From Candidatus Bathyarchaeota archaeon (GTDB taxonomy: Archaea > Thermoproteota > Bathyarchaeia > 40CM-2-53-6): a DNA stretch of 64,000 bases. Positions 36,742 to 46,211 of the stretch are shown here, one piece after another; positions within the stretch are counted from its first letter, which is position 1, and the number at the start of each line of letters is the position of its first letter. The notes beneath the pieces are model-generated. The model had not been told where the DNA came from. It searched no databases and worked only from the letters and a program-made list of their open reading frames with translations. The stretch spans positions 352,001 through 416,000 of the forward strand of contig CAVSBL010000002.1 in NCBI GenBank assembly GCA_963726255.1, in the 5' to 3' direction. The translations under genes and the position numbers were made by a program.

Positions 36742-37376
36742 TTACCCGACAATTACGTATCCATTCATGTAACCTACGAGCCCCATTCCCGGTCCGCAAG
36801 GAGTCTCACACATGTACTCGTACACTCCTGGTACGATGAAGGTATACGTGAAGGTGACAATCGTGTCTGGAGGTATCGGGATGTCAATGTTGAGGCTGAG
36901 AACAGAGAATGTGTGGCTTATCTCAAGTGGAGAAATTGCTTGTCCTTGAGAGTAATGAGATACGACCTGTCCGCTATCGGTGTTATTGTAAATAGTGAAC
37001 TCTACCGAAGCGTTGCCTGTGTAGTTTTCGAGGACTGCGGTATCTAAGTTGGTAATTACGAATGTAACTGGGACACCCAACGGTATTGTTAGATTGTTGT
37101 TACTTGGTCCTGGACCGGATGCGTTCGTTCCTCGCGGGGTGCGGTACCATTTGCATACGAGGGGATTATGAATGCGTCGTAGCCGCCTCCACCCCAATCA
37201 GGAACGATATCAAGATTGACTACTTTCACGGGCGCGGATTCAACGGGTAGGCTTACACTCGTTGTCTGAGATGGGGTTTTAGCTCCGAATGAATTCATGC
37301 TTCCCCCAATCCAGCCCGCGGTAAGGCCCATCAACAGAATTCCGATAAACAGGACAGCCTCTAGTGAGCTCCTCAA
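36742..37376 (-). CDS. Membrane-anchored cupredoxin (sulfocyanin/oxidase-subunit-II-like), split by a single-base frameshift
   Basis: ORF 37089-37493 gives the TM anchor and VPDWGGGGYDAF; ORF 36742-37197 gives SHTF and PGVYEYMCETPCGPGMGLVGYM; one extra C in the C4 run (37136-37139) would join them. Start uncertain. Confidence 0.75.
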
Positions 37377-37491
37377 TCTGCTGTAACGCCTCTCGCTGCG
37401 GCAACCGAGAGTGAACCCTGCTGGAATCTGACTTATATGGGAGAGCACGTTTTCCAACAATGACTTCCAGGTTTGGAAATCAGGTTTTCTC

Positions 37492-37854
37492 ATGCGAGTA
37501 GACGATGAGGATCACAAGAAGGCGGTGATCCGGACCTTGTTGGATGATCACTCAAGGCTAATACTGCTATCGTCTATGCTCGTTCCTAAATCGGTGGTTG
37601 ACATCACACGCGAGCATAGTATTCCAATGACATCCGCTTATAGGAAGGTTAAGGAGCTCAAAGAGTTCGGGTTGCTGAAAGTCGACCGCATTGTGTTGAC
37701 CGAGGATGGCAAGAAGTACGAGCTGCTAAAGAGCACGATACGATCGGCTAGTGTCCAATTCAGCAAGGGGATGTTGGACGTGGATGTAACGGCAAACGTC
37801 GAAGCAGACGAGAAACTCGTGAAACGGTTCTTTGCACTTAAAGAGGTGAAATGA
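37492..37854 (+). CDS. Winged-helix (ArsR-like) transcriptional regulator
   Basis: L.D.HSR.IL, PKSV.DI.RE..IP.TSAYRKV.EL.E.GLL, EDGKK. Confidence 0.88.
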   Translation: MRVDDEDHKKAVIRTLLDDHSRLILLSSMLVPKSVVDITREHSIPMTSAYRKVKELKEFGLLKVDRIVLTEDGKKYELLKSTIRSASVQFSKGMLDVDVTANVEADEKLVKRFFALKEVK

Positions 37855-38132
37855 CGATGCAAGAAATCTACATACTTCGATCCTTCAAACTAGTAATAGT
37901 TCTTCTGGGCGCCGTCCTAATCTATTTGGGACTCAAGGGTTACCGTCGGAACCAAAGCCAGGAAATGATATTCTTAACGCTCGGATTCGCGCTGATTACC
38001 GCAGGCTCAGTCGCGGCAGGCGTGCTGTTCGAATTCCTTGGATTCCAACTGGTTGACGTAGAGATAGTGGAGTCTGCAATGGTCATCCTCGGGTTCGCTT
38101 CATTGATTTACTCAATTTATGGATTCGACTGA
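37851..38132 (+). CDS. Small 3-TM protein (type found beside ArsR-like regulators in haloarchaea)
   Basis: ATGA overlap with regulator, GAGGTGA ribosome site; GYRR...M..L..GF.LIT.G, VES....GF...IYSI. Confidence 0.8.
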   Translation: MTMQEIYILRSFKLVIVLLGAVLIYLGLKGYRRNQSQEMIFLTLGFALITAGSVAAGVLFEFLGFQLVDVEIVESAMVILGFASLIYSIYGFD

Positions 38133-38400
38133 CTTGACTGATCTCTTCGAATTTGCAAGCTTCCTTCTCATGCTCTACACAGCTGGAATTTCACTCTACA
38201 TTACCAAGCGAGCAACACGAGTGGGCTGGCGTTACCTCTTCCTCTCCTTTTTGTTGTCTTTGATGGTTCTTTTCCATGGCTTTCATCATCTCTTCGCCTT
38301 CATCGAGTACCCGTTCATGGAGCAAGCTTTCGAATTCGGTGCATCAGTTTCAGCGCTTTCCCTAGCGGTCGTCTACGTTTACGTGTGGAGCCATGGCTGA
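38119..38400 (+). CDS. Small 3-TM protein with HGFHH motif
   Basis: Overlaps previous gene by 14 nt; three hydrophobic helices. Confidence 0.72.
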   Translation: MDSTDLTDLFEFASFLLMLYTAGISLYITKRATRVGWRYLFLSFLLSLMVLFHGFHHLFAFIEYPFMEQAFEFGASVSALSLAVVYVYVWSHG

Positions 38401-38686
38401 AACAATGTCGCAGTTGATCGCTCAGGCCACATTAGTCATATTTACATTAGCTGCATTGGTCTTCGCATTCCAAGCTATTCGCCAAAGAAGAGCAAGGGAG
38501 CTTTCGCCATCGAGTTTCCCAACCCTTCTCCTTCTGATGATAGTTGGCTGGATAGCTACGGAAGGGGTCACTGACGCTAGCGGAACTTCACTTGGAGCAG
38601 CAGGAGAATGGGCACACCTAGCAGTGATGGCCCTATTTGCCGCAGCTATAACCTTGCAATTGAAGCGCTCCCGTAAGGAAACCTAA
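38393..38686 (+). CDS. Small 3-TM protein with WIATE / EWAH motifs
   Basis: Overlaps previous gene by 8 nt; three hydrophobic helices. Confidence 0.72.
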   Translation: MAETMSQLIAQATLVIFTLAALVFAFQAIRQRRARELSPSSFPTLLLLMIVGWIATEGVTDASGTSLGAAGEWAHLAVMALFAAAITLQLKRSRKET

Positions 38687-38881
38687 ACAGTCTCAACTTT
38701 TGCGACGAAGTTGCATAAAGCGTGCACAAGACATGATTCTTGACCTACGAGACCTCACGGAGGCGTCCTAAAGGTTCCTTTTCGGTTGGGGAAGAGTATT
38801 CGCTAATGCTTCGTGTCGAGGGAGCTGGAAGTCAAGCACACGACTTATCTTCTGGTTGACCTCGACGTATCGCGGTTGACA

Positions 38882-39214
38882 TTGCACAAAGTGAACGTGA
38901 GTATTGTGCCCGATGCTCCTGTTACGGAGGAGGATTCTAAGGGAGCAAGGATAAAGTGGCTCATCAATGAGAAGGATGGAGCTCCGACCTTCCTAATGCG
39001 CCAGTTCACTGTTGAACCAGGAGGCTTCACTCCTTATCACAAGCACGACTGGGAGCACGAGGTGTATATCCTCGAAGGCCAAGGCAAGGTTCGATACGAA
39101 GGCCGCGAAGAGCGAATCCAACCGGGGGACGCCATCTTGATTCCGCCTGGCAAGACGCATCAATTCCAAGCTGGTGCAGAGACGTTGAAGTTCCTCTGCC
39201 TAGTGCCCAAATGA
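38882..39214 (+). CDS. Cupin domain protein
   Basis: DGAPTF.MRQF...PGG.TP.H.H.WEHEVYILEG, IPPG..HQF; likely TTG start at 38882. Confidence 0.9.
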   Translation: MHKVNVSIVPDAPVTEEDSKGARIKWLINEKDGAPTFLMRQFTVEPGGFTPYHKHDWEHEVYILEGQGKVRYEGREERIQPGDAILIPPGKTHQFQAGAETLKFLCLVPK

Positions 39215-39265
39215 ATGACGCAGGAAAATTGGTGCGAGTACTAACGTAGCTAGTTGATTTTTCGT

Positions 39266-41344
39266 TTACTGGCTCCTTAGAGTCATTGATTCGAGTGGGA
39301 TAGGTGTTTCGCGTAGTCTTTTCCCCACAATCTTCTCTATCGCCCGTATTGCCGCGGGTGGAACACCCATGGTCGGGCTCTCTCCTACTCCCTTCGCCCC
39401 GTGTGGAAGAGGGGATGGGATGTTGGCAAGTTTGACAACGACATTAGGCATTGTCAATGCACTTGGTATTCCTGCGTCTGCTATGGTAGCCGTTAGGAGC
39501 TGTCCATCTTCGTTGTACTTCGCCTCTTCAGTCAACGTTTGACCTATGCCCTGCGCAGATCCGCCAATGACTTGGCTCTCAATCATGGCCGGGTTAAGCG
39601 CTCGACCAACATCATAGTAAGCGATGCATTCTTTCAATCTCACAGTTCCAGACTTGTCTAGGTAGGCTGTTACGAGGTTCGCCCCGAACGCGTTCAGCTG
39701 ATCCTTCTGAGAAGTGAAAACTGTCACATCGAACTCGTGCCTCAACAGATCTTCAGGGGAGTACTTTCCAAGTCTCGTGGCGGCCTCATTCTTGATCTTC
39801 CGTGACGCTTCAACGAGCGCCGCTCCTCCTACAACTGTTGTTCTGCTCCCCCAGGTTCCCACACCTTCGTTCAGTTCGTCGGTATCAGACTTCTCGACTT
39901 CGATAACGGATTGAGGAACGCCCAGCTCCTCACTCACCAGGATTCGGGCGAACACGTCGTGCCTCTGCCCATGCGAGCTGCCTCCCATCCACACCTTGAC
40001 CCTCCCCTGCTTCACGGCGATTCTGGCGGATTCTCCAGGCTGCGCGGCTGGGATGAGTACGAAGCACGAGAAGCCAACACTCTCGCTTTCCCTTATGTCA
40101 TAATAACCCAGCTCCTTCACCGCAGATTCAAGAAATGGTTTGAAGGGATCAAGCTTCAGACCGAGCGGAGAAACAAACGAGTCGGCACTTGCATTTCTTA
40201 GCCTCACTTCCACGGGATCCATTTTCAATTCGTCGGCAACAAGGTCCATCATTCGTTCGATGAACATGGCCGCTTCGGGTCTTCCAGCCCCTCTGTAGGG
40301 ACCCAGCGGAACCTTGTTAGTGTACACCGATTTCGCGTCAACAAAAACGTTCTGAATCGCGTACGGTCCAGTTATCTGAAACCCTATCCACCTTGGAGCA
40401 AACTCCCCCATGCCATGAGCGTAAGCGCCTGCATCTATCAGCAGCTCAGTCTTCAGGCCGAGGACCTTCCCTGTCCTATCTGCGAAGATTCTCATCTTCG
40501 CTCGGGCGCCTCTACCTTGATTTGTCGCTGTCAAGTGTTCCATGCGAGTCTCAATCCACTTCACAGGTCTTCTCGTTTTCATAGAGGCGTGGCATGCGAT
40601 CACGTATTCTGGGTAGCTGTCTCCCTTGCTGCCAAATGCGCCCCCAGTGTCCATCTGAATGACTCTCACTGAACGCGGGCCTAGTCCCAGCGACTCGCAC
40701 AACCCCTCTTTCCATGAGTACACAGACTGGGTTGAAGCCCACACAGTAAGCCGCGAACCGTCATAGTGCACCACAATTCCTCGAGGTTCCAACGGGTTGG
40801 GGGATATTCTCCTATTCAACAACGTGTCTTCAAGAACGAGAGGCGCGTTGGGCAGATTGAATTCCTTCCCAAGTTGGAAGGCTGCGAGGATGTTCGAGTC
40901 CGTTCCCGGATGGATCGGGGGTGAGACGAGCGCTTCTTCCGGGTCGATTACAGGATTCAAAGGCTCGTAGTCTACTTCCACCTCGTCCATCGCATCGACG
41001 GCTTTGTACAAATCCTCCCCTAACACAGCTGCGACAGGTTGGCCAACGTAATTCACGTAATCCGCGGCAAGCACAGGCAGGATAGCTCCGGATCCCTCTG
41101 AGGCTCCCTCCCCCACCGAAGCCATAGTTGCCTTGAGTTCTGAATGATTGATTCCGCCCTTGACCTTGAGCAGTTTAGCTCGTGCGTGAGGACTGCGCAC
41201 AATCGCCAAATGTAACATGTGGGGCAAGCGGAGGTCGCTTACGAACTGCCCGCGCCCTTCGACAAGTTTCCTTGACGAGTCTTCCATAGAGACCAGCTTG
41301 CCTGATGCTATCAATAACTCTTCGGCGGGTGCTCTATCCGACAA
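39266..41344 (-). CDS. coxL: Xanthine dehydrogenase family molybdopterin subunit (CoxL/CutA-like; not form I CODH)
   Basis: RSPHARA, GGAFGSK, RPVKW.E.R.E, PYRGAGRPEA, GTWGSR, GAKGVGE; probable start TTG 41314. Confidence 0.9.
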   Translation of the reverse strand: MSDRAPAEELLIASGKLVSMEDSSRKLVEGRGQFVSDLRLPHMLHLAIVRSPHARAKLLKVKGGINHSELKATMASVGEGASEGSGAILPVLAADYVNYVGQPVAAVLGEDLYKAVDAMDEVEVDYEPLNPVIDPEEALVSPPIHPGTDSNILAAFQLGKEFNLPNAPLVLEDTLLNRRISPNPLEPRGIVVHYDGSRLTVWASTQSVYSWKEGLCESLGLGPRSVRVIQMDTGGAFGSKGDSYPEYVIACHASMKTRRPVKWIETRMEHLTATNQGRGARAKMRIFADRTGKVLGLKTELLIDAGAYAHGMGEFAPRWIGFQITGPYAIQNVFVDAKSVYTNKVPLGPYRGAGRPEAAMFIERMMDLVADELKMDPVEVRLRNASADSFVSPLGLKLDPFKPFLESAVKELGYYDIRESESVGFSCFVLIPAAQPGESARIAVKQGRVKVWMGGSSHGQRHDVFARILVSEELGVPQSVIEVEKSDTDELNEGVGTWGSRTTVVGGAALVEASRKIKNEAATRLGKYSPEDLLRHEFDVTVFTSQKDQLNAFGANLVTAYLDKSGTVRLKECIAYYDVGRALNPAMIESQVIGGSAQGIGQTLTEEAKYNEDGQLLTATIADAGIPSALTMPNVVVKLANIPSPLPHGAKGVGESPTMGVPPAAIRAIEKIVGKRLRETPIPLESMTLRSQ

Positions 41345-41347
41345 ATC

Positions 41348-41354
41348 TTTAAAA
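41348..41354. promoter_or_regulatory. Candidate bidirectional TATA box TTTAAAA
   Basis: The most TATA-like run between the divergent TTG starts at 41314 and 41385, roughly equidistant. Confidence 0.45.
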
Positions 41355-41384
41355 CGCTTCTTCGGTCTGCCCAGAAGAACAACT

Positions 41385-42257
41385 TTGCGTCCCAGGCCCT
41401 TCGAATACTACGCCCCATCCACCGTGAACGAAGCATTGACTCTTCTCTCCTCCAAAGAGGAAGCGAAGGTATTGGCAGGCGGGCAAAGTCTCGTCACCCT
41501 CATGAAGCTCCGTCTCGCAGCTCCCAAGGCTCTGATAGACATCAACGGAATCACGGAACTAGCGCACATACGTGAAGAAGGCGGAGTAATCGCTGTCGGT
41601 GCCCTGACTCGCTATGATCAACTTTCAGAGAGTAGCTTGATCCGTGAAAAGGTGCCCTTGCTCGCAGAGGCTGCGAGTATGGTTGCTGATCAGCAAGTCA
41701 GAAACCGAGGAACCATAGGAGGGTCACTGGCACACGCCGATCCAAGCGCTGATCTTCCAACGGCATGCACGGCCGCCGACGCGAAGATAGTCACAATGAG
41801 TCTCAATGGCTCGCGGTCGATAGAAATGTCAGATTTCTTCCGTGACTACTTCATAACCGCGCTTAGAGAGGACGAGATTGTCAAGGAAGTGAGAATTCCC
41901 ATTCCTCCTCAGCGATCAGGATCCGCATACCTGAAACTCACCAGGGGACACAACGATTTCGCAATCGTTTCCGTAGCGACTCAACTGACGGTCGACAACA
42001 ACCACCTGTGTCAAGCTGTGAATGTAGTCTTTGGAGGTGTTGCTCCCGCCCCCCTGCATGCGAAAGAGACTGAAATACTGCTGAAGAACCGCAAACCCGA
42101 CGAGAACTTGCTCAATGAGGCAGCTCAGGTCGCAGCAAACGGGTTGAGCCCAACTTCTGACATTAGGGCATCCGCCGACTACAAATTAGAGATGGCCAAG
42201 GTTCTGACGAAGAGGGCGCTCAAAACATCATTAGATCGGGCGATGGGAAGTGTTTGA
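41385..42257 (+). CDS. coxM: FAD-binding subunit (CoxM/CutB-like)
   Basis: [42 protein letters not shown]; start moved to TTG 41385. Confidence 0.92.
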   Translation: MRPRPFEYYAPSTVNEALTLLSSKEEAKVLAGGQSLVTLMKLRLAAPKALIDINGITELAHIREEGGVIAVGALTRYDQLSESSLIREKVPLLAEAASMVADQQVRNRGTIGGSLAHADPSADLPTACTAADAKIVTMSLNGSRSIEMSDFFRDYFITALREDEIVKEVRIPIPPQRSGSAYLKLTRGHNDFAIVSVATQLTVDNNHLCQAVNVVFGGVAPAPLHAKETEILLKNRKPDENLLNEAAQVAANGLSPTSDIRASADYKLEMAKVLTKRALKTSLDRAMGSV

Positions 42258-42744
42258 CTTGACGAACGAATCGACGATTAGCGTGAGAGTGAATGGTAAG
42301 CAGTATCGGCGCAGAATCGAATCTCGTATGTTACTCGTCGACTTTCTTCGCGATGAGTTGGGTCTGACTGGTACTCACATTGGGTGTGACACAGGTCACT
42401 GCGGCGCCTGCACCGTTCTAATGAATGGCGTGACCGTCAAGTCATGTCTGCTACTCGCAGCCCAGGCCAACAATGCTGACATTCAGACAATCGAAGGTCT
42501 AGCAGTTGAAAATGAGTTGCATCCAATTCAGGAAGCGTTCCTTGAACATAATGCTTTGCAGTGTGGTTACTGTACGCCGGGAATGATACTCTCAAGCCTA
42601 TTCCTGCTCGAGAGAAACCCGAACCCGAGCGACGAAGAGATCAGGAGGGGTATCGACGGAAATCTCTGTCGATGCACGGGTTATCTGAACATCGTGGAAG
42701 CTGTCAAGGCTGCGGCTTTCAAGATGAAGCGAACCGGCACTTAA
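42250..42744 (+). CDS. coxS: 2Fe-2S subunit (CoxS/CutC-like)
   Basis: [29 protein letters not shown]. Confidence 0.95.
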   Translation: MFDLTNESTISVRVNGKQYRRRIESRMLLVDFLRDELGLTGTHIGCDTGHCGACTVLMNGVTVKSCLLLAAQANNADIQTIEGLAVENELHPIQEAFLEHNALQCGYCTPGMILSSLFLLERNPNPSDEEIRRGIDGNLCRCTGYLNIVEAVKAAAFKMKRTGT

Positions 42745-42808
42745 GCCGTCTTTGTCTAAACTCTCGTAACGCACTGCGGGTTCAATCGCAAACTGGGCGA
42801 GCACGGGC

Positions 42809-43267
42809 TCATTCAAGCTGTATCTTCACGCACTCGAAGACTCCCGTCACGGTCTTATTCGCGGTATCCTTCATCATTCGTTGTCCGAGGCCAGCCATCA
42901 TACCGCCCACCTTTACGTCTGATTTGTAGGAAATCGCACTTCCTCCAGGAATTTCCTTAAGCTCAATCGTGGTGTCCAAATTGATGCTGCCCCCTGAACC
43001 GCTGCCGACCGCCTTGAGTCGTACATGACTTATTGGTTGCTTGTCCACAATTTCGATTCTGAATTTGAAGTCTGCCCTTATAGGCCCGACTCCGACGCGG
43101 ATGATCGCGGTAAACTCGTTCTCATTTTCGACGTCCAAACTCTTGAGATCGGGTAGGCACCTGCCCATTGTAGTAGGGTCAGTGATGAATTCCCATAGCT
43201 TTTCTCGCGGCGCAGTGAACTCATAGGTTCCTTCGGTAATCATGCCCAATCCTTCACGAGGCACCAT
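42809..43267 (-). CDS. coxG: CoxG/SRPBCC accessory protein
   Basis: APRE.LW.F.TDP....CLP, VGVGPI, V.VGG.MA.LG.R. Confidence 0.88.
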   Translation of the reverse strand: MVPREGLGMITEGTYEFTAPREKLWEFITDPTTMGRCLPDLKSLDVENENEFTAIIRVGVGPIRADFKFRIEIVDKQPISHVRLKAVGSGSGGSINLDTTIELKEIPGGSAISYKSDVKVGGMMAGLGQRMMKDTANKTVTGVFECVKIQLE

Positions 43268-43378
43268 GACGCAATATTTGTTTCAGACTTGGACCTGTTG
43301 CCAGACAACGGGTCCGCCGGCGCACGTAATTGGTTTGTTGGGTGGTCTGCTTCAAGTCTAACGATGATGCTCTTGGTC

Positions 43379-43666
43379 TCATTTCAGTTCTTGGAGTCTG
43401 TCCTCCTCGAGCTTGCGGAGAATAGCTAAGCCGAGGGGAGTGAGGGAAAGGAATTTGTGGTCGCTTGAATTCGACTGTTCGACGAAGCCCTGGTTCGTGA
43501 GAGTCTGAATTGCCCCTGCGAGGTTTTGAGCCATCTCATTCGGCAATTCCGTTTGCAGACTGCTCTCGTCAACCCCGTTCTTTCCTATGCCCTTGAGTTT
43601 CCATATGGCTAGGAGTACTCGTTGCTCGAGGTCTGCGAGGCCGCTCGTTTCGGGCATGGGTGGCAT
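43379..43666 (-). CDS. Small winged-helix-like protein
   Basis: LEQRVLLAIW...L...GFVE...LSLTPLG; GAGGTA ribosome site upstream. Confidence 0.7.
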   Translation of the reverse strand: MPPMPETSGLADLEQRVLLAIWKLKGIGKNGVDESSLQTELPNEMAQNLAGAIQTLTNQGFVEQSNSSDHKFLSLTPLGLAILRKLEEDRLQELK

Positions 43667-43769
43667 GGGTAACTACCTCTGATTTATCCATCTTCCATAT
43701 GAAACTATAGTGTATGGAAAAGCGAACATTAATATACCAACCTCTTTCCCATAGCTACCTGAACAACCA

Positions 43770-44450
43770 ATGGCAGCCGACGAAGCTACAGCATTCATGG
43801 AAGTTCTATCGAAGAGCCCACAATTCAAAGTCCTCACTATACTCGCCCAACGGCCACAAGAGGAACTAACGAAGACCGAGATCGCACAGAAGGCCGGAAT
43901 CGGGCGAACGACACTCTACCGAGTGTGGAACGACCTCGAACGAATGAAAGCCATAGCGCCTTCACGCCACGTTGGCGCAGTAACCCTGTACCGAATGAAC
44001 TCGCAAAGCCCGGTCGTACAATCATTCCTTAGCATAACCAAGAGCCTCACGACGGTCACAGACGCGGTCTCGAGGATAGAGCAACTTCGCAAACTACAGG
44101 ACTCGGCTAGGTCCGAATTCGGAGAAACCGTGCCAGCTGGGCCGAGCCTATTAGTGAAGCTCCTCAGAGCGAACGCCGTCTCGGCCGAGAGTGCGAAGCC
44201 AAAAGTAGATCTGCAGTTATCTTCGAACGAGGCAGAGGCGGTACGCGGACTCGCCAGCGCTGGCTTAGTATTCGAAAACGGCGCAAGCTTCTACCTTAGT
44301 CAACTCGGAGCACAAACCGCTCAGGGCGCAGCTAAGATATGGGCCGCAGAGAGTTCAGAATCATTGGACCAAGCAATCTCAACTGCGCGAATAGCTTTGA
44401 ATCTCATAAACCAAGAGATTAGGAAACTCAAAACTCAAGTACCGAAGTAA
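43770..44450 (+). CDS. Protein with N-terminal HTH, second wHTH-like segment and coiled-coil tail
   Basis: LTKTEIAQKAGIGRTTLYRVW..LE, later L...GLV.....YLS.LG. Confidence 0.8.
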   Translation: MAADEATAFMEVLSKSPQFKVLTILAQRPQEELTKTEIAQKAGIGRTTLYRVWNDLERMKAIAPSRHVGAVTLYRMNSQSPVVQSFLSITKSLTTVTDAVSRIEQLRKLQDSARSEFGETVPAGPSLLVKLLRANAVSAESAKPKVDLQLSSNEAEAVRGLASAGLVFENGASFYLSQLGAQTAQGAAKIWAAESSESLDQAISTARIALNLINQEIRKLKTQVPK

Positions 44451-44512
44451 AGCAATCGGTTCGCGTCCTTCACCGTTTCTTCGAATTTTCTGTGATGTCT
44501 TATCGGAGAAAC

Positions 44513-44518
44513 TTTAAG
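44513..44518 (+). promoter_or_regulatory. Candidate TATA box of pyrG (GAAA-C-TTTAAG)
   Basis: Purine-rich BRE-like run plus TTTAAG about 25 nt before ATG 44543. Confidence 0.5.
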
Positions 44519-44542
44519 TTACACGATTGCTTCGTGTCAGTT

Positions 44543-46198
44543 ATGCCGACAGATACGAGGTACCTTTTCATCACCGGCGGCGTCATGTCCGGAATAGGCA
44601 AAGGCATAACCACCGCTTCAATCGCAAAACTTCTGCAACTCAGGGGCTTCAAAGTTTCTGCAATGAAGATCGACCCGTACCTGAATGTTGACGCCGGGAC
44701 AATGAATCCTGTAACCCATGGTGAAGTCTTTGTTACGGAGGACGGCGGCGAGATTGACATGGACTTGGGCACGTATGAGAGGTTCCTCGACATCAATCTA
44801 TCACGAAGCCACAACTCCACGACTGGCCAAATCTACACCACAGTCATAAACAAAGAACGACGTGGTGATTTTCTCGGCCAATGCGTCCAAATCATCCCTC
44901 ACATAACCGATGAAATCAAGTCAGTTGTCAGGGGCATCGCGGAGAAGGCGCGCCCGGACGTTCTTCTCGTAGAAGTAGGAGGCACCGTCGGAGACATTGA
45001 AAGCCTCCCCTACCTCGAGGCCGCACGCCAACTGAGACTCGAGGAGGGAAATCAGAAGGTCCTCTTCGCTCACGTCACACTCGTTCCAGTGCTAGACGTC
45101 GTAGGCGAACAGAAAACGAAACCGACACAACACAGCGTACAGGAGCTGCGAAGGATAGGTATTCAGCCCGACCTCATCGTGGCCCGAACCAAAGGGTCAC
45201 TTAACCCAAATCCTCGAAAGAAGATAGCTCTTTTCTGCAACGTCGAGGAGCGCGCAGTCTTCGCATCGCCAGACCTCTCAAGCATATATCAAACCCCAAT
45301 CGAACTTGACTCACAAGGTATGGGAGTTTTTCTAGCTGAGCGATTCGCTCTAGGCAAGCGCGAAGCCGATTGGACGCCGTGGAAGCGGGTCGTTGACAGG
45401 CTCTCAAACCCAGGTCAAGTTGTTCGCATTGCACTCTGCGGAAAATACGCTGAGCTGGCCGATTCCTATGTGAGCGTAAACGAGGCTTTGAAGCATGCTG
45501 GCGGAGCTTGCGACGCACGAGTCGAAATTGAGTGGATTGAAACCGAATTGTTCGAGAAGGATGCTTCCAATTGCTCAATACTCTCTCGCTTTAACGGAGT
45601 CCTAATACCCGGTGGATTCGGATCCCGCGGCACTGAAGGGAAGATAGCTGCACTGTCCTATGCGCGGGAGAGCAATATCCCCACACTCGGGATATGCTTC
45701 GGCTTCCAGCTAGCCGTTGTAGAATTCTGCAGGCACATCGGCCTTAAGAATGCGAACAGCGCCGAAATCGACCCCAAAACCCCTCACCCCGTCATCAATC
45801 TCATGCCTGAGCAGCTGGGTGTGGATTCGAAAGGTGCAACGATGCGGCTGGGTGCGCATGAAGTGCGCATCACACCGAACACTACTGCGAGCTTCCTATA
45901 CGGCCGCGAGATAGTATCGGAGAGGCACAGGCACAGGTGGGAGGTAAACCCTGACTATATTGACCGAATTGTAAGAGCGGGAGGAGTATTCTCAGGGCGG
46001 AGTATGGACGGGAGAAGGATGGAGATATTTGAGCTACCTGGCAAATTCTTTTACATGGGGACCCAATTCCACGCCGAATTCAAATCCAGGCCTGCCAGGC
46101 CTTCGCCGCCGTACTACGGCTTGATTAAGGCTGCGCTCGACAAGAAGTTAGGGAAGCCTTCACCGGAACTAGTGCCGTTAATCCGAGAAGCTGCCTAA
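44543..46198 (+). CDS. pyrG: CTP synthase
   Basis: [50 protein letters not shown]. Confidence 0.98.
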   Translation: MPTDTRYLFITGGVMSGIGKGITTASIAKLLQLRGFKVSAMKIDPYLNVDAGTMNPVTHGEVFVTEDGGEIDMDLGTYERFLDINLSRSHNSTTGQIYTTVINKERRGDFLGQCVQIIPHITDEIKSVVRGIAEKARPDVLLVEVGGTVGDIESLPYLEAARQLRLEEGNQKVLFAHVTLVPVLDVVGEQKTKPTQHSVQELRRIGIQPDLIVARTKGSLNPNPRKKIALFCNVEERAVFASPDLSSIYQTPIELDSQGMGVFLAERFALGKREADWTPWKRVVDRLSNPGQVVRIALCGKYAELADSYVSVNEALKHAGGACDARVEIEWIETELFEKDASNCSILSRFNGVLIPGGFGSRGTEGKIAALSYARESNIPTLGICFGFQLAVVEFCRHIGLKNANSAEIDPKTPHPVINLMPEQLGVDSKGATMRLGAHEVRITPNTTASFLYGREIVSERHRHRWEVNPDYIDRIVRAGGVFSGRSMDGRRMEIFELPGKFFYMGTQFHAEFKSRPARPSPPYYGLIKAALDKKLGKPSPELVPLIREAA

Positions 46199-46211
46199 CT
46201 GAACCCGACAA

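Noticed and set aside
39266-41344. Aerobic CO dehydrogenase (CO oxidation)
   Set aside because: Active-site loop is PYRGAGR, not AYxCSFR.
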